DNA of 64,000 nt from Lingula anatina (Eukaryota; Animalia; Brachiopoda): NCBI GenBank assembly GCA_051362555.1, contig CM120640.1, positions 40,464,788-40,528,787 of the forward strand, in the 5' to 3' direction. Positions 55,033 through 64,000 of the stretch are shown here, in pieces. Positions within the stretch are counted from its first letter, which is position 1. Each line of letters opens with the position of its first letter. A program made the translations under genes and the position numbers. The notes beneath the pieces were generated by a model that made no database searches, was not told where the DNA came from, and saw only the letters and a list, made by a program, of their open reading frames with translations.

Positions 55033-55386
55033 AAATATCCGTAAAGAATTTATCTCTGTCTAAACCTCCCTTTCTCCACCCCTCCTCCGTCACTCTATAA
55101 ACACGTAGGCCCTATGCAGCAGAATGTTATTGCGTCCTGCCCCGCCTAGCACTGTCACGATTTTCTGTACAGTATATCCAAAATGGATCACATTGCTTAT
55201 TTTCATCGCACTGGGCGCTTAACTCTAGACTATCTCTAGATCATCTTTTGTCATGGAATGCTTTATTTTGGTCTCCTCCTACAGTGTATTTTTTCAAACT
55301 AAATAACTGAAACTAAAGTTTATTTAACAATTTGAAATTTAGTATGATGATTCACTTACCTGTTTCGTTCTTTTACTGCCAATCAT
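48944..55386 (-). CDS. Unrecognised secreted prohormone/neuropeptide-like precursor with a C-terminal six-cysteine domain; 5 exons; 155 aa, or 142 aa from the second ATG
   Basis: Exons 55386-55360 (donor cag|gtaagt), 53919-53841 (aag|gtatgt), 50227-50099 (acg|gtaagt), 49760-49680 (aag|gtactg), 49095-48944 (TAG). All acceptors are pyrimidine-rich; phases 0/1/1/1 give one open frame: MIGSKRTKQGIRLMDLPLSVVHVIVITVATLMFIQGAYGKALPGYFESLQILSNDEAPQSEIQMKSKRWPSNEYAKGNAWWTKKSVTTHLQTEANEATLENTGMEECLQKVCNPLFVYCVKSASTYVRECLVLHKTCIDRCTYIKEAPLELNATY*. Confidence 0.8.
49892..49938. repeat. (CT)n(AT)n microsatellite
   Basis: Direct reading. Confidence 0.9.
53163..53346. mobile_element. PIF/Harbinger (Tourist-like) MITE, 184 bp
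   Basis: About 55-bp TIRs ggctccattcagaataggggactaactagtccgagggtcaaatatggcgacccact / agtgggtcggccatatttgaacctcggactagttagtcccctattctgaatggggtc. TAA on both sides (53160-53162, 53347-53349). Confidence 0.85.
54972..55030. repeat. (CT)n(CA)n microsatellite
   Basis: Direct reading. Confidence 0.9.
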
Positions 55387-55629
55387 TTGATAATTCAATC
55401 CAAATCTTTGAAAGTTGTTTTACTTGAAATTGCTGTAGTAATCTCCACATGTAGTTCCTTTCAGAGCCTTTTTATTTTTTTATCTTCTATTTTTTGTTTT
55501 TCTGGGAAAGATATCAGTTTCTTGACTTTTGGCAACCTTTCAAACTGTGTGCTCTGGGCGCTCTCTTCTGCTTTCCCTGTTAGAGAGCATCAACTGCATC
55601 ACTTTAAATACTGCCCAATAAAGTTGACT

Positions 55630-55783
55630 GTTGCCTAGCAACCGTTTTGAGGCGCATTTTCGTCTCGCAACGCAGGCGGCCTACAACGCATTTTATACAA
55701 AAGGTGTAAAAGGCCATCATACTCTTAAAAAACAATCGTTGTCTACTGAACAATGACGTCAAGTTTTATAAAGTCGATATTGG
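55630..55783 (-). promoter_or_regulatory. Core promoter of the secreted-precursor gene: X-box, TATA, CRE, CCAAT
   Basis: TATAAAA on the minus strand at 55697-55691, implying a TSS near 55667. Palindromic CRE TGACGTCA at 55754-55761. CCAAT (minus) near 55779-55783. RFX X-box GTTGCCTAGCAAC at 55630-55642. Confidence 0.65.
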
Positions 55784-58700
55784 TCAGTTATTTATTAATT
55801 TTTTCTTTGTCTTGAAACGCATTTGTGTGAATTCATGAATATATAAAAGTATAACAATAGTTGTCAAGTCGGTCCATTTTTTTGGTTAGCAAAAGTAGGT
55901 GGAGCACTCAAAACGGACCAGATTATCGAATTAACAAATCCCATTAGAACATTTTTCCGGGCCTCCCACAAAGAGGCAGAGACAATCATGCATGACGAAA
56001 AATTCGTTTGCTTGTTAATCCAAAGGGAGTCCAATCATGCACAGAAATTCTAGGGTATTTTATTACGAAATGAGTCTACTGAGATTGACAGAAAGGTTTT
56101 TTTTGTAATGCTTGCCATCTTACGATCTCATAAAAACATTGACGAGTTTTCCTTTAAGAGTTTTTAGCTCGCTATGTTGGTTTATTTGTTTACCAATTTG
56201 ATTTAGGTTTGGAACATTTATGTAAGTATTTTTTTCCGGTGTGAATCACAGCTGAGTCAATTTCATTTTTAGAAAGCAGTTAAGGTTTATTAGATTCTCT
56301 CAACTAACCGCATGACAAGCCCGTCTCTCAAATCTGGACACATTCTATACCATATTTTGCGAATCTGAGTGCAGTGTTTAACACCAAAGAAATTGGTCTC
56401 GCGTCCTGTTTGAGGGGACACAGATGTCCTGAAAGGCAAAATCAATACTTTCAATGCTCGATACGGTTGCTCATCGGGATTGCCGTGTCCTTTGGGCGGA
56501 TATGCTGTATCAGATTGTGTTATGTTAGTGTGTTTTGCATCAATGTCGCTGGGAGCGTCTAAAGAAACCAGACCGCGGTAACCGCCTGTTTACATGTAAC
56601 ACAGTAACTCAACGGCCTGGAAACTATTAAAAGATCGTTTCGCACCATTTTCAATGTAAAAAAAAAAAAAGAAGACGGAACCGTATCCCCACACTACAGT
56701 ATTTTTCTACCTGTCGACAAGTCTTTTCTAAAAGAAAAACTATATGTTCAAATTTTGATAAATGTATTAGAAATATTAAGAATATTTACAAATTGACTCA
56801 CGTGATTTTTATTATTATCATCATTTTTGTAATTATTATTATTATCAACAACTGAAGGTTTCACCAATTTCGCACTGGTCATGCGGGATTTGATAGATGC
56901 ATATTTCGTCCTAGAAAACCTTAAAAGGCCAACTGTACGGTGGATAAATGCATGTACAAAACATAAGCCATTCCCAAATTTTGTGAAACTGATTAGAATT
57001 GAATGATTTATAACGATAATTCCTTCTGCATATTGCATGATAGGATTGATTAACTATTATTAGTGCATAATTTGTTAGCATCAATGAAAATTGCCCTACT
57101 GAGATGAAAACACCAATTATCTCTCATATATACTGTGCACATGAATAAATATGTTCAGGTCGAATAATGCTCATTCGTAGCACTTTTACTGTACACTGTA
57201 TTTGGGATAGTTTCTGAAGAAACTAATTTGATCAAACACCCAATGTGCCATGGAACTTTTTTTGGCTGTACAACCTTACCATAATATACTAAAATGCTTT
57301 TCATTAACCCCCCACACACACACTCCATGCGTATTTGTCTACAATAAAACAAGGCAAATGTCCCGATGTTTTAATTTGTATCTACTTTCATACAAGCGTG
57401 GGTACAAAAATTGCTAAATGTCGGTTATTCCAAATGCATTGGCCACTCCGTCCTTCTTTAAACCGGCAGTGGACAGCAAACACCATGGCATTACTTTCGG
57501 AACCCCACAACAACCAGATTGCTTCAAAACTATTTATTACTCAAACCCCGGCTGAGCGATTACTCAGACTCAGCGTATATTTGGTACCCATTAGTCAAGG
57601 ACACACTATTGCTGCATCATTGACGTTTTCTAGGTTGTATAATATTAACTTGGTTGTATAAGGTTAACTATTAACTATATATATATATATATATACATCG
57701 AATGAGTAACTTCTGACGAAATACACCCCCAAACGCGTACTTCACACCGCTGTGGTTACATGCATGGTTCAATAAAATCTATTCCAAGTCGAAGGCCATG
57801 CGATTAAGTGCCGTTTAAGTGGCACTTAACCACACAGTGATAGAAAACATCACGAAATCATCTCCCTGACCCACGCTAAAGACATTTAACGGCAAGTACA
57901 CGCTTTCTGTGAAAGCGCAATGAACAAACGCCAAAATTTGGGCGTGGCCTTTACAGAACAAATCTTGCATCGGCAATTGATAGGATTGCCTGTATTCTTC
58001 TAATATTACATTGACAAGACTATTATTATTGTTATTTTCCATCCACTTATTTTAATAGATTAATTGCAGGACTCAGTCAGTCACAAGTCGGGTTGTCCAA
58101 ATAGATATGAAAAGTAAATGCACTCGCATTGAAAACATTGTTCGGTGAGTATCCGGCGTTACTTGGTCAGCAAACAAGAAAAAAACGGGTATCTGTACTG
58201 GTAACACTGCAGATTTAGTCATTGTCTTCGTCAGGTACGGCTCTACGTTAATGCTCTAGAGGGAAAAGTCCGATCGCCTACTCGGAATTACAATGTTTTA
58301 AAATCGAGTATTCTCTATTGAATTTAAGGACAGTAAATCATTGCTCTAGATCTTTTCTACAGGATGATCTAGACAATGGATTCGCGTCTATAACTATCCA
58401 ACGGTCGTGTGACGCTGTGCGTGTCCTCAAACACGAAGTGCTGGTATCGATTTCGCTCTTGCCCCTGTAATGCGGGAGAACTCCAACGCACTGGTTTTAA
58501 TTGACAACTTGTAGTTAAACAATAACAGTGCACTTTTGAAGTAAAAACCTACAAGGCACCATCACCCCCACCTAGAATCCGTTCAATTTGAAAAAGAAAT
58601 TGATTTTTAGATTCCTACAATGGCATGGAATAACAGACAATGGTGTGAGTATATGGTTTGACTTTTGTCCCATTGTGTTAAATAACATGGTTTCTGCGTC

Positions 58701-61102
58701 CTCTCTGAGAGTGGTACCTTTAAAAGAATAATGCTAACTCGATGTAATTGTGCTCCGCCTTAAGTGAGAGTAAACTGAGTTTAACTCTATGAAGATTCTA
58801 GAATTAGATGACTCAATGAAAAGGTGAATTCCGCTGTAGGAAATTGAGTATGTATTTATACTGAGAAATCAATCAATTACCCCAAGTCAAGGGTGTTGCA
58901 CCCAATTAGTGACATACCACCAGAAACTGTGAAGAGATACAAATGATGCTTTATCTTATTCCTGTTTCCTTGTGAGACTGCTTTGTTAAGGACTAAGCAT
59001 TCCCACAGTCCCAGAACAACTAGAATCTCGAAACATTGCCGTACAGGTCACCAGTAAGGTAAGATTAGCGTCTTCCTAGCAGCTCTAGTTATTACAGATA
59101 GAGCGAAATGGCACTTCCGTTGAAAACGAAAATGAATCGAAACTAATGGTTTTGTTATCTCTTATTAAGTTTATCACTCTGGGCAAACAATGGAAGACAA
59201 GACAGTAGCTTGATATAACTGAGAGCTATACTTCTCAAAAAAAGAAGAAAAAAAACTTGAAAATTCGTCGCTGATTTTTTTCTAGTTTAAGTTACATAAA
59301 GGGCCTAAACACTGGTGAAAATAAGTAATTGTCCCTTAAAAAGCAGAAATAAATTTTGTATGGCAATTAAACATCCATGTAAATCCAATAGCTTATCATC
59401 TCCAAAATACTATAGAAACTGGAAATATTTGCTATATATAAATGTCATATCATCCTTCACTTTCTCCGAAGCGATCTCACAAGGTTTATAGGGAATATAT
59501 CTTTCAAGGGAATATGCACAATAGTAGAATGCACCAGGAGTACTGAACTGTGATTGTGTTAGCTGTGACTTCTGAAATGTGTTAGATATACGGTTAAATA
59601 TGGACAAAACTTAATGACAGAAGCAAGTATGCATACATGTACGAAAACCCACTGTCAAGTTGTTTAACATTTTGATAATTTATTAAGCTGTATCAAAAGT
59701 TATTTTAAAGATACATAAAACCCCTACAAATATTGTAACAAATATAATACTAATGCATATCACATAAGCATATTCTTAAGAAAAAACGTATAGTTCTTAT
59801 ATTATTCACTAACATTTTCAATTCTTGTAATGCCATTTTTATCAAAGTACTTGGCGCAGACTTGCCGTTTCCAGGAATGTCGAGCTCGGAACGTTCCCCC
59901 AAAATATGTATTTCACCTAAATCTCCTTATACAAGATGAATCTAAGAAGCACTCTGAGAAGCACATGTAACATTGAGTATTCCAATATTCTTCTATCTTT
60001 TATGAAACTTATCAGACGTATGTCTCACAATTACCATGTGAAGTGAACTTAAATGCTCTCGCACACGACACCGTTTACTTATTGGTTTACAATCTCAGGT
60101 TTTTTCTGAGCATCTTATATTTTTTGAGTTTGCACAGGGCAAATCAATACTCATGATAGCAAAGCATGCTAATGATATTAATACAACTATAAATGATACA
60201 AAACGCCGATAGAACCATGAAATAATCGACATTCAGGCTACTGAATATTTTGCTCGCACAGTGGTGACAAGACAGTAACGCCTCTGCGACATTTGTTTGG
60301 AGACAATACAATATTAATACATATACTTGTATATGAAGCGACAACAATGTAAAAAGAATACAATTAGATTAAGAACAACAGATGCATCCATCAGATATTC
60401 ATAAAGGAATATTGTATATGCAAATATTGTATCATTAAGTCAATACTGGCTGATTGCAACAACCGACTCAATGGGGCAGGTATTGTTTGTATACCTGGTT
60501 TATATAATACACTTGAAGGGTAAATGGAATAGCAACGTATACTATCATGTAATGAAGGAGGCAGGAGGCTTGGCAGAGAGGAATGCGTCCACCCCTTAGC
60601 TTCTCTAAATGTGTTCAAATGCCGAACAAGCGAGGCAAAATGATAAAAAACATAAATAAATAAACAAATAAATAAATTACATGCACATCTATGCCCCACC
60701 TCTCACCGGCAAAATACGATTACTGGTACCTGTTAATTTCATGGGAACATATTCGTTACCATTGAGCTTAAATTGTTGGTAGATACTGTAGCAAATAAAA
60801 GTCACATTTTTTAGGTGGCGCTAAAGTTGATATACTGAGACTGCAGAGCCATTCCTCAGTAATAATGTATTTAAAAGAGTAAAAACAAAAGAAAGAAGGA
60901 AATCATTCTAGCCGTTCAACATAGCTTTTCAGGAGCTACAGAGGTTGATAAATATACATTGTGAAAAGACCTTATTGAATTGAAGATACAGTGGAGTGCC
61001 ACTAAAAGTATAAGTATATAGTACGTGTAGAAAGGTGTGTTTCCTAAACTCCTACTTCATACCGCAAACGCATACACTGATCTGAATGAATTTATGATCT
61101 AT

Positions 61103-61477
61103 TCATGATGTGCTTTCATCTAGTATTTGGTTCGTAGTATTTTCACTTGGTATTTCGGTGACTGGCTGATCTTGTTCATCCCCGCTTGATGTTTCTTCCG
61201 TTTCCACATCTGTTTGATTTGCTTTTGTCACGATGAGTGGCGTTGTAGTCGTGCTCACTATATCATCTGTCTTGGTCTTTTCGTTTTTATTGTCAATAGG
61301 TATGATCGTTGTAGTCTTTGATTCGTTAGTCACTGGTTGGTTAGTAGTTTGTATTTGATCTCCAGCTAAACGGCTGTAATTTGGTTTGATCGTCGACGGC
61401 GCAGTGTTTGATTGACTGGCATTCGATTGTTTGGTGTTCTGGGCATGTAGCAGAGCGTGCTCTTCTTGGAACGGATC
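61103..61477 (-). CDS. Terminal coding exon (124 aa, Thr/Ser/acidic low complexity) of an unidentified gene extending to the right
   Basis: Acceptor ttttgctttag at 61478. Open frame DPFQEEHALLHAQNTKQ...TTNQPVTNESKTTTII...ILDESTS* ending in TGA at 61103-61105. No recognisable domain. Confidence 0.6.
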   Translation of the reverse strand, partial: DPFQEEHALLHAQNTKQSNASQSNTAPSTIKPNYSRLAGDQIQTTNQPVTNESKTTTIIPIDNKNEKTKTDDIVSTTTTPLIVTKANQTDVETEETSSGDEQDQPVTEIPSENTTNQILDESTS

Positions 61478-61545
61478 CTAAAGCAAAATATGTGCAGTTA
61501 GTTGAAATATGGATCATACTTTATTGTCAAAAGAAATAAAAAGTT

Positions 61546-61556
61546 GAGAGAGAAAA

Positions 61557-61591
<35 letters not shown>
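61546..61591. repeat. Imperfect (GA)n microsatellite
   Basis: Direct reading. Confidence 0.85.
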
Positions 61592-63503
61592 AGGAGGGAG
61601 CAGGATGTCACGTCGTGTGAAATGAGCAATGGTTTGAATTCAAGACGTACCATGATGTTCTATGAGAATATACAACCTAACCTACTCATTTTGAACCCTT
61701 TCCTTTTATGCAGCTGTAAAACAAAACTCGAAGGATGCACTTAAATAGGAATGTGACCTTTAAGGTATGTTATGTAAATGTAAAGCTATATATTTGGTGC
61801 ACAATTTACTTGGCGCTTCTCCCATTCACTGTACCATAGCCAGTAACAACCCATCCATCACTTTGTCAAACGATGCTGCTTTTAGATTTAATTACAGGAT
61901 GATTTGAATCATTAATTTCAAGAGCAAACAATCTGGAAATATTGTGGGAAGCAATGAAATAGTGCCTTTGACTGACTGCACAATTGTTGGCAAAAGGCCT
62001 ACATGTTCCTCTATGTGATATACTAGTAAAGAGTTACCAGTTTTGGCACTTCTTCACAGAAGCTGTTGATGACGCAATAACTTTGTACAGATTTGGACGA
62101 AATAAAACATATTGAATAAAGATTCAGTAGCTGACGTACGTACCTTTGCATCGAGTCAATTCATTAAAGACTGGCATTTTACCGTTTTCAGTTTGATCAT
62201 GTACTGTATTATTACAACCTCTATTTACCTTACGAAATTTTGCATACAGTATGCCTATAACTGAGACAGCTGCCAAACAGCTAAGGTGGGTGCGTTATTC
62301 AATAATTCGTCATAGGCGTGGAACAAAGTTTGGCAATAAAGAGGCAGCAGACGACAGGCACAACACACTCATAAACCGGTTCTGAAAGCCAACGCCTAAA
62401 CGTCAACGTCAAGAACTGATGCTTAAAAGAATGGCTTGTCAACATCAAAAATGTATGTGAATATGTGTAAGTGCCCGTGTGTGCTTTTTTTCACAATAAA
62501 AGCATATAATATGGATTATCGTCGTTCAAAACGGCAGCACGAACAGCATCGCTGTCCTTAAAACCTTGAATATCTAAAAATTATAGTCATTAACAAGCGC
62601 CAATATTCTGTTTGATGAATGCTGGTGCAAGAAATGATAAATACAGCAACAGGTAGTCATCTGCTAGTATAAATCGTCCTTTACTTTGGTGTCAAACTAC
62701 TCACTTATTATAAAAACAGGGAACTATTAAATACAGCGTGATTACGAAGGTTGCAAATTGCCGTGGGGTTAAGACTTTGACATAATACTAGTAGCTGTTC
62801 GTATTCCTATCACACATTCCACAAGCCGTAAAAATGTTCCTTAAGGCTCTCACACGGGAATCTGATGCTCCACAATTTAGTTCTCCTTTCACTTGTTTCA
62901 CAATATTCTGGAAATTTTGTTCATTTATCTGAAAGTTGGCAAATAAATCGGTTGGTTGGCTTTTGATAGCATACAAAGCGTAGCGCTTATTTTGGCGATG
63001 CCATCATTTGTGAAGTAATTTGTGAAGATTTGTCAGTATTACGACTCTATAAGTGGTTCAAGTGTTAGTGTATGGAAGAGCTTACTTCTTGCCAATTAAT
63101 TAACTCGATACACTTCTGATCTATCTTCGCATTTCCGGAAAACTGTTAGCCTTCACGGTTCTGATTGCCGACGATTAATCACAACTTGTTGATTTCCTAC
63201 GTGACACAGCGAGCAGAGACATTTAGAAGGTATTACTTATTGATACCAATTGGAAGATCAATATCCCTGTGTTTTACGCAGTCTGGTATGATTAAATCAT
63301 TGCTTAAGCCTGTAAAGGTCAAATGCCTTCACCAACTTTGGCTTTTAAGCTTCTAAGTCTTAATCACACATGGCATAAGGTCAGATAGAGGCGTCGGCAT
63401 TGATGTGTTGCTGATCTTGTCGTTTTGTTATCTATGCCAGGGTATATTTCTAATTTCAGTCTGCAAGTACGGATGACAATGTATTATGATTATAGTATAA
63501 AGT

Positions 63504-63770
63504 GCAGTGTTGATATTTAGTGGGGATGTCGGGAGGGTCCTGACTCCCCTTCGATTTCTGATTAAAAAAACCCAAAAAACATCTAGCTGAATCATAGTTC
63601 TAAACCGTACCAAAAGGCGCCATTTCCCCTCCAAAACACAAATTTTTGGGGGGACCCTAGAGCGTGCCCCGAACATGACGCCAAGAGGGTGAGGGCCGGA
63701 CTCGCAATCCGAGGCCTGTCAATCCCTCAAAAACCAGACCCCCCTTCAAAAAATTCTGGATCCGCCCCAG
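63504..63770 (-). mobile_element. G-rich MITE family A, copy 2
   Basis: Ends ...ccccccttcaaaaaattctggatccgccccag. Internal agctgaatcatagttctaaac, ccctccaaaacac and tccgaggcctgtca are reverse complements of 17746-18005. Confidence 0.7.
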
Positions 63771-64000
63771 ATATGTGAAAGTTATTGGTGTTGTGGCAGA
63801 ACACACAAGCCTTGAAACAGACTTACGCGGTAGATGAGTATATATTTTTCATGTGTGCGTTTTTTGTTAAGAAGTGAAGCGATGTTAAAAGATCCTATTC
63901 TTCATTAAAGGGTTTCATTATCAGATTAGGGAAGACTTCAATACACATGCAACATCCAACAGAACAAACGTTCTTGAACTCATTGTGTTTACGGGCTTTA

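Noticed and set aside
55249-55270. miR-281-like word tgtcatggaatgc
   Set aside because: No star arm. The let-7-like word near 7909 and the miR-279-like word near 16045 fail in the same way.
1-64000. Remaining 60-140 aa ORFs in the track
   Set aside because: AT-rich, microsatellite- or MITE-derived translations without coherent splice structure or recognisable motifs.

Overview
AT-rich, intron-rich eukaryotic DNA from an invertebrate bilaterian. The Syd-1 homologue keeps its PDZ domain and both AOPEP and BTBD19 are present; a marine lophotrochozoan or similar is my inference. Manual splice reconstruction gives five genes. (1) The 5' part of a RhoGAP100F/Syd-1 gene on the minus strand, with a PDZ exon at 5489-6797 and a tiny MLLCC-polybasic first coding exon 12 kb upstream. 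(2) A complete 7-exon BTBD19-like gene on the minus strand. (3) Head-to-head with it, a complete aminopeptidase O (AOPEP) gene on the plus strand with 15 coding exons. (4) A five-exon minus-strand gene (48944-55386), almost invisible in the ORF track, encoding an unrecognised secreted prohormone-like precursor: signal peptide, KR-WPSNEYAKGNAWWT-KK, then a six-cysteine domain, under a TATA/CRE/CCAAT/RFX X-box promoter. (5) The terminal exon of a further minus-strand gene. The window also holds a decayed Sola2-type transposon, a Kolobok-like TTAA element, several MITE families, local duplications and a strongly over-represented TACATGTA palindrome. Most short ORFs in the track are spurious. All calls were made by eye; no searches were run.
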